This document shows, one piece after another, positions 12,572 to 25,900 of a DNA stretch of 64,000 nt (the first letter of the stretch is position 1; each line of letters opens with the position of its first letter). The position numbers and the translations under genes are program-made. This DNA is from Hamiltosporidium tvaerminnensis FI-OER-3-3. Lineage: Eukaryota; Fungi; Microsporidia. The stretch lies in assembly GCA_022605425.2 (NCBI GenBank), contig JAKIMF020000007.1, forward strand, positions 310,001 through 374,000. The letters are read 5' to 3'. The notes below the pieces were generated by a model. That model was not told the origin of the DNA. It was given only the letters and a program-made list of their open reading frames with translations, and did not search any database.

Positions 12572-15500
12572 ATTTAATAAAATTCTGGGTTAAAATAGTT
12601 CTACGATCTTTATGCATTTTCTTCTACCTCTTTTACCACTTTTGTTTATTCTTCCAAATCCGACTCTTTATTTATGTTATTGGTCGGTTCCTCTAAAGTG
12701 GTTCCTCCTTGTGAAATAAAGGGTGCTTTATTTTTTGGTTTAAAATTTTTTGCATCATCTTCCTCTCTCTTCTCTCCTTTTAAAGGGGGTGTTGGTTCCT
12801 CATGCATCTCTGCTCTCATAATAACACCCATTGACGCTCTCTCCCGGCTCTCTTCGGCATTTAGTCCTGACCAAGTCCTCTTCGTCGATGAAGGGAATTG
12901 TTTCGACTGTCTTCTTAAGTACTATAGACTGAATGTATGCCTCTACATTCATGGGTATTTCTAGTCTTTTAAGATGAGATTTATGGTATTTTGTCATAAT
13001 ACCATCCCAGGTCATCACATAAGGGATTATCTCAACACTACACTTATAAATAAGACCCAACTCATTGGCTAGCAGATCATACTTCCTAAGTTTTTCAGTT
13101 TCAACTATTTGAAGTGAATTTTGGGAAGTGATTCCTACTTCAATCTGTGTTATCTTATCCTTCTTCTTATCTAAAATAAATATGTCGGGTCTGTTATTCC
13201 GAATTTTAACATCAGTTATAACTCTGGTGTCGCTTCTTATCTCTGCATACTCATTATCAAGAATTTCTTGAACTGAGTGACTCCTTATTCGTTTTGAAGA
13301 CTTAAACTTATATCTATTTAGAAGAAGTAGGTGTAGGCATCTAACCACTTCATTATGCCGTCTAGTGTAATCATGTCCTAGCATTTTTTCAATTCTAGTT
13401 GCTAGATGATCTACAGTATTACGAGACTTCCCAAAATGTTTACACACTATCTGCTCACAAGAATACATTTCTATCCATATAGCAGAACACAGCTTCATTT
13501 CGTGGCCTAATATTTCCTCTCTTCAGCCATCTTGAAGAGTCACTAACACTCACAAGCTCATTTTTTCTTGCATTATATAACTTTGAATGGAGTTTTTGTT
13601 TTCTATTTCGTTATATAGTTTTGCAAGTTGAGATTCTTCTAAAATATTCTTAGTGACTTCTTCTACCAACCTGTACATTACTTTTAAAAAGCCTTTTATT
13701 AGCGCAAATGGGTTTTATTATTATTCTCCACCTTGAGGATTGCTGCTCGTCTAGTTGATATTTCTTTACTTTTTTCCAGACAATCCAAGAGTGGCAGAAG
13801 CATATGTTCGCTTCGCAACTTAACACTATGTAGGCTTCTTCCAAGTTCTGTTCTAGGAAGATACAAACGTTCTTAAATCCTGGGCGAAGATGTATCTTAT
13901 TCTTCACCAACACCGCACGCACTGCATCATCTAACTTAGAGAAGTCAGCCGGTTCAAGTCGAAGTACTCCTATGTGGTAGTTGATTAACGATATCGCATG
14001 TTGATTGATTGCAGAAAATAATTTTTTTGCGTTTAATATATTATGACAAAGTCTTTCAATTCTTGATATAAGTTTGCTCTGTACTTCTTCAAAAGAGCTG
14101 CGTGTTGGGATTCCTCTGCTATCTTCTATTATTCCTAAATATTTGTAAACACTAACACCTTCTAGAAGAGTAGCAGTATCTTCCCAACACGTATTATTTG
14201 TGGCTGACTTCTCTTTGTTAATCTCTGAGCCAATATCCTCTAAAAATTCCTTTGCCTCGTCTGTCATAGCACTCAATGTGGAACTGTCTTTTGCGAGGAG
14301 CTTTAGATCATCAATAAACAAGAGATGATTAGTAGAATGGGATTATGCATCTGTTTGTACTGTCACTTTTGTCTATTTTTCATTAAGCTTTCGGCTTAAT
14401 GGATCCATACACAACACAAATAACAATGGTGAAAACTATCTCCTTGTAGAATCCCTCTATCAATCTCCTTGCTCATGATTTTTTCAGGCCCTACTGATAT
14501 ATCAATTTTCCATTTTGATATAATTACCTTAATAAATTTCAGGATCCAAACAGGTAAATTAAGGTTTTCAATGCATCGTGTTAAATAAGCATGATCTATA
14601 GATCAAAAGCTTTTTTAACATCAATCCATGTTGCCTTAAGATATTTTCCATACTCTTTATTTAAGGCAATATTCAGTAAAGCATGCTTTTTCGCTTCTTG
14701 CACACTTCATACTGCTCCCAGCTGGTTCTCCGCAAGCCACCCTCGCCTTTCCACTTCAATTTGAACGACCTTTGTTACACACTTTTTCGTTAACTTATAG
14801 ATGTTTAACATACAAGTGATTGGCCTGTAGTCAGAGCCTCTTTGTGGATTTCCTTTGGGTATCAAATAGTTAACCCCACAGTAAAACCAATCAGATTGAG
14901 TTGTTCCTCTAAACATATAACTTTCAAAATATCATAAATATGTTGTGTAGAGTTGTAAGTCTCTTAATGAAAAAATTGTAAATACTATCAATTACAGCAG
15001 CTCTCCAATTGGGAAGCCAATTAATGATATTTACAAATTCATCAACTGAAGGAAACATAGTCGGATGATTATCTGGTATAAATAGAATCAAATAATCATT
15101 TTACGTGACGTGTCATCATTTTTGTTCCACATTGTAGACCAAAAACTCACAATTTCATCACGACTAACCACATGCTCGGATTTCACACGCTCAGATAACC
15201 CACGATAAAATCGACCTCGGAAAAGCTCAAACATATGATTCTCTTTTCGGAATTGCTTCCTACTTTCATGCATCGTAATTTTTTTCTCGTAAACATTCAA
15301 AGACTCATTCTTCTTAACTATAGCCACAGAAAGATCAGTTACACTGCTCAAGTTTAAATTAAACTCTCGCATGATTTTCTTAAGGCTCTTCAATTCCGAA
15401 GTGGAGAGCTTTTCCTGTTTACGAGCCTTCTCGAGAAGATCTTTGGAAAGTACTAACCTAGAAATTTTACTTTCTATGTTTTCTTTCCAAGCGGATCTAG

Positions 15501-16382
15501 GCTTCTCTTTGCGTGTTGCCTCGTCATAGCATACCTGGACTGCCATTTAGCGTGCCACTGCAGTTATCGTCATCGGCACAGAAGAATCAGCATACTCACC
15601 GATAATTCGATTAAAAAGTCCAAACCTTACCCAGCCAATTCACTTAGAAGCTTTCGAGTTCGGACCACCACCTTTCCAATTTCCTTCTTCGAGATTTCTT
15701 TTATTTTACTCAAAAATTTATCTCTCAGGTTTATGTACTCCGTGGTGTCAGTCAGAGTGCATGGCTAAGTTAGACAAGTGGCAATTCTACGTCGCTCTCA
15801 ATTCTCTTCTTGCCTTATTTCCCTTCTGCCTCATTTGTGCGAGTTTTTTAAACGCATCGATATCTAGTGTGCAGCTAAATTTCTCATTATAGTACCTCAG
15901 AGTAGCGGGCCAGCCATTTCTGGGCATTCTCTCAAACCTCTTTTGCCCTGCTAGAATAGCAATCCTAGGCCGTTGATGCTCCAGGACAGTGACAGAGTCA
16001 AGTAAAGAGTGATATATCATCGGTCGATTCCCTTCTATAATGGCATCTGTATTGAGGTTTGTCATTCTTTTGGCTGGTCCGAACGCAGTGGCATCGGTAC
16101 CAGAAGACGAAGGTATGGTGTCAACCAAGCAGACTGGACTAGTCTGGCAACTACTTCTAGGTGGTTGGTGGGTGGTGTCATGGAAGGTCGTTGGAGGTGA
16201 AAGTCTCTCGGATAACATTGCTACATCTACATCACACCTCAAAATCTCTCCAGCGCTGTTCTCCAAGTTGTTTACAGCCTTTATTTTTTCATTTCTTATA
16301 TTTTCGCTGTCTACTTTTTTTCCTTCTACCCATTCAAATTTACTAAAATTTTATATTATTATAAGCATTGGGTTCTGATAAC
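12572..16382 (-). mobile_element. Near full-length, frameshifted non-LTR retrotransposon (RT + CCHC + restriction-like endonuclease; R4/Dong-like)
   Basis: ORF fragments carry RT motifs (DYRPITC, AENQLG, FIDDLKL, YKYLGI), a zinc knuckle region (C.H......DHL) and RHNEVVR...RPDIFILD...IEVGI...EKLRKY (RLE). Candidate TSD ATTTTTG(A/G)TTTAATAA at 12565-12580 and 16383-16398. Confidence 0.92.
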
Positions 16383-18356
16383 ATTTTTGGTTTAATAACC
16401 TAAATATAAAGCATAACTCGCTTAGGTATGAAACAGTATAAAACTTTCTAATGCTTAGCAAGTAGAATAAAATCATTATTTTGAAAATTATTTTGGTGTA
16501 TTAAGTCGAGAGGAATGTTTATTTAAATGATTGAATATCAAATTTGCAAAAAATAGATGCATTTGCTTCTAATACCTAGCCACTAAAATGGAAAATCGGT
16601 TTCTTATTTTACAACTATTGTATTTAAAAGGACGATTTCTTCTAAGATACTAATTTATTATAATTCTAGTTTATTTATTATGAATATTTGATATAAATTA
16701 TATATTACAAAACTTTTAAATCTCTTTTTTTCCCTTTATTCTCATAAAAAATTTATTTGCTTTAAATTCTTTTATTTCTTTAAGAACTTTTAATTTCATT
16801 CATGTTTTAATCCTATTTTTTACCAAAACTTAAAAATGCTATTCTTCTTAATTTATCACAAGAATTTCTTTTCTTTAAAAAACCTTGTGATAGTCAATTA
16901 TATTAAAAAGTATATAATTTAACAGTACAGTTTTTTGAATACCGAGATCCAATACTCAATATATATAAAATAGCTCTTTTAATTAGTTTTTATTTTTTTT
17001 ACATTTCTTCAAACGAAAAAGAATGCTTAAATAATGAATAAGATATGATATAATTTATAAAAATTAAAAAGAACAGAAACATTCAGTTTTCATACTTCTC
17101 ATATATTTTATACATTTTTTATCTTATAATTTGAAGTAAAAAGAAAATATTTATTTATATTTTGTAAAAGTTTAAAAGCTTAAAAAAATGTAGTTATAAG
17201 CTATAAGAAAATATGATTGAATTATTTCTATTTATTATAAGCAATAAAGTAACTGATTTTATTTGATCATAATTTATAATTTATTTATAGAAACAAAAAC
17301 GTTTTTTTTAATTTTAGTGCAAATTTTACTAAAAAAAAATCAAATTTGTTTTTTAATTATTATAAAGATATAAATGAAATGCGATTCAGAATATTATATT
17401 TTAAAAAGAATAAAATCATTTATGAAGTGAATATAAACACTTTGAAATATTTGTTTATTTACGAATTAGTACCTATTATTTTAAAATATATAATCAGCTG
17501 AAAAAGATGGACAAAGATATTTTCCAAAAAGAAATTATTTATGTTCTTTAAGATCATACAATAATTATTTGTGTCTAAGAATATTTTTTTATTCAAAATA
17601 ATTCTCAAATTATCAAACCAGATAATAATTTATTGTCGAATAAATCAATAATACTACAACCAGAACAGTGGTTATTTACAGTCTCTTAAAAGCCAAAATT
17701 TAATTAACCTGTTCCAAAAAAATATTGTTGAGACATTTAATTTTACTAAAAAAAAATGTCTCAATGCATCTTTAATTTTTTAAACTTGATTAATTCTTCT
17801 TTTGTGAGAAAAAAAAATATTAAATTTAGCTACTTGCTTTTTTTAGGAAAAAAGAAGAAACTTTTCGATTTTGCATACCGGTTTTAAATTGGAAGGACTT
17901 TAGCCCTATAGCAATCTAATGCCTAGCGCCTATTCTGACGATGAATTTTTTAAAAATAATTTTATCTATAAAGATTTCCGAATCGGCAATATTAGAATCC
18001 AAGGAATGAAAAAATCCTATTTTGATTATATTACCTAAAAGGATATAATAGAGTAAATCATAAATAGATTAATTTAAAGAAACCTAAGATTATAATTTAT
18101 TTGTTGAATACAAAATTTAATTCGGAAATGATTTTCCTTAATTTCTTCTTAAATAATATCTTTTTTGTAAGAAACTACAGAAAATTTTAATTTTTTTACT
18201 TTAACCAATTAAGATTAATAAATTAATAACGATACTACTATCGTTATCTTTGGATAGAAAATATTGATTTATACATTATTTTTACAAAATATTCTTATAT
18301 AAGTTATAGATTTCAATTTGAAAGAAGTTTTTAAAAAATGATAGTAAATTTATAAT

Positions 18357-18737
18357 TTATTCGGTTTTCTTATCAAACTTTTGTCTGATAATATTTACAA
18401 CATTTAAAAGTTCGGGATCATTTATTTCATCACCCAAATTAGATGTGAAAGTATTCCCATTATATATTATCTGTCTATCTCCTATACTTATTGCAATAGA
18501 AGATCTAATATTTTTAGTATCACGTTTTTTAGAGGCATTTTTTATAAGAATTTTTTTCCCTAAAAATCCCTTATTTAAAGATTTAGAAAATGAATATAAA
18601 GTCATTTTCGAAAGTTCTTCTTTATTTGACGATAAAAAGTCTTGATAATCTTTTCTTATTTTATTTATAAATGCTCTTTTATATGTTGTTAGTTTATGTT
18701 TTAAAGAATCTAATGTTTGTTGAAGTTCAGAGTCCAT
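18357..18737 (-). CDS. Hypothetical 126-aa protein with N-terminal helical/coiled segment
   Basis: Intact ORF; AAAAAAGCCCATA directly precedes the ATG, a CCC-like start motif typical of microsporidian genes. Confidence 0.75.
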   Translation of the reverse strand: MDSELQQTLDSLKHKLTTYKRAFINKIRKDYQDFLSSNKEELSKMTLYSFSKSLNKGFLGKKILIKNASKKRDTKNIRSSIAISIGDRQIIYNGNTFTSNLGDEINDPELLNVVNIIRQKFDKKTE

Positions 18738-18949
18738 TATGGGCTTTTTTGAAATATATTTTAAATATAATTTTAAATGATTGGTTATGTTCGGTGGAGA
18801 GAAATCACATTTTAAAAATTTTTGTTAATAGATTATAACAAATTGGTTTATAATTCTCGTTAGAATTTCTGTGAACTAAAATACAACCGAATTTTCGGCT
18901 GTAATTTAAAAATTTGTAAAATATGGAAACGATTTAAAAAATTATAAAA

Positions 18950-19950
18950 CTGTTTTTTACTGTTTTTATTTGAAGTTTTTTATACACCTATATCGTAAGC
19001 CACGACAGAATTTGTGTGAAATTTTCATGAAAAAATATAGAAAACTAACTTTCCTAGGCTTTGAAAGCATTGCTTACATGTGATTCAAAAAAGAAATCTT
19101 TTAAAAACACAGAAATGCCAAATAGTAAGTTTTATCTGTTGTTTGACATTATTAAGTCTAGGTGAAATCCATATAAGTAGCCGAGATATAGCTTACTGGG
19201 GGGTCTATTTTGTTTTGAAATTCGAGAATAAGTGGGTATGTTGTTCGTTTTAGATGAGTCTAAAGTAAGCTTCGACCTGTAATCACAGAATTTCAACGAA
19301 ATTAACGAATTCCATGAAACTTACTTGTTCATAAATAGGTTTTACATAGCTTTTAGATCAAAAGCTTATAATGCAGTATCATAGAAATCCTGATGAGGTA
19401 TTGAAAAAGAGATTATTTATATTGAATATATGAATACGTTAATATCGTGAATAGAATATACAAAAATATGACATTACTAAATAAAAAACAGAGCAACTTC
19501 ATCTGATTACTAACCGATTTTCTTCTAAGGAAGCAGAAGAATTTATGAAATCTAAGAAATATACAAATTCATCTAAAAGACGACTTTTTGATATGTTTTT
19601 TTAAGATGAATCGGATGGGTATAAAAGACTACAATGAACAAAAGTGCATATGTTTCATTGGTAGAAGAATTTATACATTAAGGTTTGTATTAAGATTTTA
19701 TATTATATCAGCTTGTTTAGAACATTTATTTATATATGCTTGTATATTTAATCTTTACAGTTTTAAGCTGAGATATGAAATGGAATTTCAACTTGAGATA
19801 CATAGAAATTAGCTTGTGTATGCAAACGCCGAGGGCTTGGTTTTTACTAGTAACATTATGGTTTTCTGGTTCGTAATAAGATTTTCAGTTGGTATATTTA
19901 TAGGCAATGATAAAGATTTTCGTTTAAAACTTATGTGCAAGTTCGCTAAA
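18950..19950 (+). mobile_element. Decayed Merlin/ISXO2-like DDE transposase relic
   Basis: Fragments GMLFVLDESK (~19236-19264), D..GYKRL (~19610) and YANAEGLW-like (~19820) follow the order of the ISXO2 motifs VEIDES / D...Y..L / TN.IE..W; many stops and frameshifts. Confidence 0.3.
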
Positions 19951-22900
19951 ATTTCGGATTTAAAATCAAGCATGAATTAGTAGCTAAACGGTTAATATTT
20001 TCAAAAGATTTATTTTATATATTAGACTGCGAAAATTGCCATATATATGATTTCTGGTATGAATTTCACGTGAATAAAACATATTTTAACCGAGCAGGAA
20101 TTTACTCAAATATAAACACATTTTTCGTAGATGCAAAAATATATAAACCTTTTATAATTCTGAGACAGAGTATATTTTCGGATTTTCCCTTCAACTATTA
20201 GATTCTTTGAAATATTTGAAATTTTATAGCTTTCTTGAAGTTTTAGATAATAATAATTTGGTTGATATAAATTTTAGCACTTACGTACTGTTTAATGAAA
20301 AAATTCCGAAAATAGTTTCAAATGTTCTATTTTATCAGTAAAGCATTGTGATTTTTACTAAGAAATATATATCCAGTAATAGAATCTAGCTTTGCGGAAA
20401 TAAGGGCACAAAATGATATCCAAGCTTTTTCTCTGTGCATTAAACTTAAATTGTAGCCATAAAAGATTTCCTTACCAAAATTCATTACATTCCCTCGCAG
20501 ACCACTCCATGTATTATTCATATCAAATTTCGTTTTTTGTTACCCTCTTTGCTTTGCTTTTAATCTATAAATTGTAAAATCTTCAAACAGATTTTTATAT
20601 ACCAAAAAAAATGAATAAAAAGAAAAATGTTCATAGAAATGCACAAAAAAATGTCGCTGGAATTTATTTGGGATAATTATGCTTATTCAGTCAAATAATA
20701 AACTATAAAAGTCAACCTTAGACAAATTATATTCCAGAACCTAAATTATATTTTAAACCACTAAATATAAGCACCTCTAAAATATAAACTTTCACTGATT
20801 TTGATATAGAAGAAGTAAAATTTCGATTAGAGCTGAGCTCAAAGATACATAAAAAGATGCGACGAGCAAAAATTCTGTATATAAAGACATGATACGGTTT
20901 CGAGAACGCCATCCTTTATGAACTAATATTTGACTATAGCAATTGAAATAGAACCAGTCTAATGTGCTTCTTTGAATACAGAGAAAGTTTGCTTCGATTA
21001 GTAAAATAATTTAATAATAATTGAACAAAGAAAGCCATTTTATAAATAATAAACATATAATAGTGTACTTGTTCTATTCAATAAGCATAAGAATAAGAAT
21101 CTGATTCCTTAGGTTATATTTTAATTGAGATAAAATCTCAAAAAAGGAAATTATATATAAAAAGTAAGTTTCGTGTTTTGGCTAGGTACAGACCCACTTG
21201 GACAAATATTACCTAAGTATAGACAAATAGACATACAATGAAACCATCTGATAATGAACGAAAAATCTAAAAAAAAATAATTAGTTGTATTAATATTACT
21301 ATAAAACAGATGGTTTTCTTAAAAAAAAATTTCTACCAAAATAAGACCTGTGAATTTCCTGCAAAAAATACACGAGAATGATCAGATAAATAGCTTCACT
21401 AAGCCTAATGTAGAAAATATATCCGGTTTATTTGTTAGAATACCTAGAAATTATAATTAAGTTTCGACTCTAAGTTATGCGAAAAGGGCAAAAAAGTATA
21501 ATTGCAACAAAGTATAGTGTTATATCTATTAAGAACAAAACTATTTAGAAAAACAAATTCATTTTATACTGTGAATAGAGCAGGCGCTCAATTAATATTC
21601 TAGAGAACCAAAGTGAGAAAATACTACTACTCTTTTTAAAAAAAATTAAGTTTGGAAGATTGATTTCTGTATGATTTTTTAAAAAAATAAAAATTTAGAT
21701 ATTTTAAATTGTTTTTAACGATTTAGTTTTCATAAAATAAGTTAAAAATGGTTCGATCCCGGGTTTTTGCTCTCTTTATCTTTCATTCCGAAAGTTTCCG
21801 TGAGACTGACACCCTAAACTATCAAACGAAAATTGTCATTGAGAAATCTATTACGCGGCGAACCTATGAGGCACTGTTAGTGTGTTCTATTTGTAGGGAA
21901 AGGAAAGAACTAAAAAAAATCAGTTAAAAAGTCCGGTATATGATCAATAATACTCTAATTAATATTCCGACCAATATTTATAGAATTAACTTATGATTAT
22001 ATAGAAAAATGATGTAAAAAAAATACCTTAAAAAACAAATCTGTAGTTAATATCAACTCCCACACTTAATCAAACTAAACCTACATAATTCTATTAGAAT
22101 ATAAACCCAACTTGCTTCGGTTATAGATCAAATTCAAAATTTTTCTTTTGTGGTAAGTTAAAGTGAATCGTTGTAATTTTACAAAATATAATTTGTTTAC
22201 CCTAACATATCAGACAAAAAAACGCATTTCTCTCATCTATAACTATTAAAGAGCATTTAGGCATGAATTTTAGAGCCAAATATTCTTTTTAATTCAGCTC
22301 AAGACCTAAAAGCTATAATAAGGGTATTTTGGATTTGATGAAATGCATTGATATATTATAATATTATAACGGAAAAGCCCATCCGACGAGAAAGAAAATA
22401 TATTGCGAAATATGATATCTGATTTTCAACTTCTCATGCAAAAAATTACATAAAACAAAACAACGAAAGAAAAAGCAAATTGAATTATAGTCAATTAATA
22501 TGCAAGAAATAAAATAAAAATCGAATCATATCTTATAATTGAGTTTAAAGGCCAAAAATATAATTCATATTAATTGACAATTTAAAAGTTATATTTTTTT
22601 AAAAAAATTACAAAAATTATTGTTAAAATAAATTATTTAAATTGCAAAAAAAATATATTCGGATCAATAAATGAATTATTGGGTTAAAATGAAAAAAAAC
22701 CTATAAATGAAAACTCAACGAAAATTTATTCATAAATCGTTATAAATTAAATATTTTTCGCTTAAATTTCATTTATCAAATCACGCTTATCCGATCTTGA
22801 AAATATCTTAAAGAGAAAAATATTCATAATCTCCGGATTTTTTTATAACATTTTGATAAAAAGACCAGTTTGAAGATAAAATGATTTCAAGATTATTTCT

Positions 22901-25900
22901 AAATTCTTTCAAAAATTCGGAATCATTTTGTTTGGTAAGAGAGATCAAACCTTCTACGCTTTTACAAAGAAAATCCAGAATAAAATTTTGTTATTTACAA
23001 GTTCATCACAAAAATTCTTCGCAAATGCTTTACAGCGGAGGCATTTTTTCCCTCATCTTTCTTGTCTGAATTATTTTCAATAATTCTCTGTTGGTATCTT
23101 ATAAAATATTTTCAATCATCATAAAAAATGTTTTGGGAATAGTTTCAAGTAACTGAGAAATAAAAGATTCAAATTTCTAGATTATGCCAAACGAATTCAC
23201 GCATGCTGCGTTCTCATCTGATATATTAATATACGCAGTGCTAAAATTATGCGAGTATATTGTTTAATAACTTTTTCGGGATTTTTCAAAAAGAATTGTA
23301 TTTCCGTTTGATTTTTTAGCAAAAAGCTGCCCCACAATCTTAATCATATCCATAAAAATATAATTTAAAGTTTCTGAAAGTGAAATATGATTCCTAAATT
23401 ATTTATCTGTAAATAAGTATCTCCAATCTTTGATAAATTTTTCTTTATTAGTTCATAAATATCCTTATATTCTCCAAATAACGAGGATTTATACATGAAA
23501 CATACATATCTAAAAATTTATGAAAAAATTCTTGCAGTGATGCTACTGAAATACTAGATACCGGTCTAAACATATTTATTTTCTGATCTTGCATGTCTTT
23601 TACTTGTGACTTGGAGATGAGGGCTAATTTGAACTCAGCAGGATAATAACCTTTTCTTTTTAACTCATTTTCGACTTCTATAATTGAAATCGATTCATTT
23701 CTTTCAAAACCTTCGATTTCAAATTCAGATCTAATTTATTTAAGCAAATTTATGTCTTATAAATAAATACCACACTCCAATTTTGAAATCAACTCACCAA
23801 GTCTTTCAATATATTCCCTCAAAAAATCAAAAATCTTCTTTTTTCCATGGTGCGGATATTTATAGTGCCGAAATCTTACCATATGAAATTTGGAATCATA
23901 TTCGTTGATTTTTTCAAAACTACCAAACAAGGAAATACTTAAATATTATTGTTTACTAAAACTTTAAGAAAATTATTTAAAAACATGCTTGTAGATTTCT
24001 GCTTAGATATTCTATAAAAAGAAATAATTTCTTCGCACCAATACTTTAAATTATTATCGTAAGAACTCAAAATTGGTAGCCAGCAGTTGCATTTTCTTGT
24101 TTAAAAACAAGAAAAGAAATTTTTTTTTACACAAAATTCCTTTGAAATAATACTTTCCTCTTCATTATTATAATTGTAAGAATACCTTTAAAAAATTGAT
24201 TGAGAAACCCATCTTCAAAATATAAAGCAGCCAATCTAGTTCGCACCAATAATACTAGAAATACCAGCGGATATTTATTATGCCCTAATATTCAATAATT
24301 TTTTGCTAAGTCCATCCATTAAATAATTTTGTAATTTACCTTTTTAAATCAGAAATTATTAGCAAACATAATTAATCATTTTATACCTAATTTAGGAATT
24401 TTGAATTTTTTTAAGAAATTTTTATCAATTTTTCTTAAATTGGGAATACAATGAACAAAATTATTTGTTTCCTTAAAGATTTTTTTTCTAAATTTTTTAA
24501 TTGCTAACTTATTTAATTTTTTCAAAAAGAGAATTTTTTTTTCATTCAGAGATTGATATAATGCATGCTCTATTATCTTAAATTTTTGCATTTAAAATAC
24601 TAAAATGATTATTCAAATTTCTTTAGCTATGAGACGCAAGAAATTTATAATATTCTACGATGACTTATGAAAATTTACCAAATTTATATCTTCAGAGATT
24701 GCTCATGCAAATTGAATTTTTTTATGAACTAAAGCCAAAGCTTAAAACCCTTTGAAAAATCAATTATCAGCTTAAGTATAGACTACAATAGAATATTTTT
24801 TATTCAAATATATTCATTATATAGAACTTTAATAATCTTTCTGAAAACATGTAGTGCACTTAGATTTAAAAAAAATAAAACTTGACAATTATTTCCGTAT
24901 TTAAAACTCATTGTTTGTTTTTGGTTCCTATGATTCATTTATGATATTAAAGGCAAAAGTAAGAACACAAATAGTTCCATCAAGAAATCTGCAAGCATCC
25001 TGTTCCGTATATATATTTCAAAAGAAAAACCTTTCAACTCTGCACTCTCAAAGAGCTCACACTTCTTTAACAACATATCTTTAGTATTCTTGCTGTGCTC
25101 TAAAATTACCCATGGAGTACAATAGCCCTCGTATAGATATTCTTACGTCATCAAATCTTCTTTTTGGAGACATATATTGTCTACTTTTATCAGCAGATGC
25201 GGTTCTATAAATAATTCTAACATCTTTATGTGAAGAGATCTTTTTTTCTTCTAAATTTGTAAATATTTTCTGAGAAAGATCACGCAATCATGTCTCTGAG
25301 AAAAGGTTAAAAAAATGAAAAGAAATTAACTAAAAAAAGCATACATAAATCTCAATTTCTTGATATATTCACAGTTTTTAGATTGTTCTATTTTTGTTAT
25401 AAGTTTAGACAATCAAAGTAACGGCGTATTATAATCGTTCGTTTTTTGCAGTAGATTGCTTTTAGAAACCAGCACGAAAAGTGAATGAATCTTCGTAATA
25501 TAATTCCCATTTTTAGATAAATATTAATCTATTCAGAAGAAAAAGAAGTATTAACAAAAAAAGATGATAGCTAAAATTTACATGAAGACAAGTGAAGAAC
25601 GCAAAAAACGTGAAAATTGATCTAAAAGATATGAAAATTTGCGGTTTGATTGTTGCAATAATATCAAAGAGATCTTATGCCAGGGAGAATTTTTAAACCT
25701 TACTGTTTTTGAACCTGGTGATAATTGCTAAATTTCATGTACTGCTTGCTTCAATGAAAAGTTTTTTTCCCGTGCCAAATATATCTGTGTTTATATTGCT
25801 TTATAGCATGAAAAACTTTATATTCCTACTTCTTAGAAGAAAATTTAGTATTAGCATTATATTGGATGCTAGATTTTACACCGTCAAGGAGCATAGTGTG

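Noticed and set aside
11839-12600. Family A as the retrotransposon's long 3' UTR
   Set aside because: The retro copies ending at 44363 and 56492 stop at TTATTAAATAAA without it, and at 56 kb the element is joined in the opposite relative orientation, outside the TSD.
17728-17764. 11-bp-stem hairpin TTGAGACATTT/AAATGTCTCAA
   Set aside because: Single occurrence in extremely AT-rich DNA with no supporting context.
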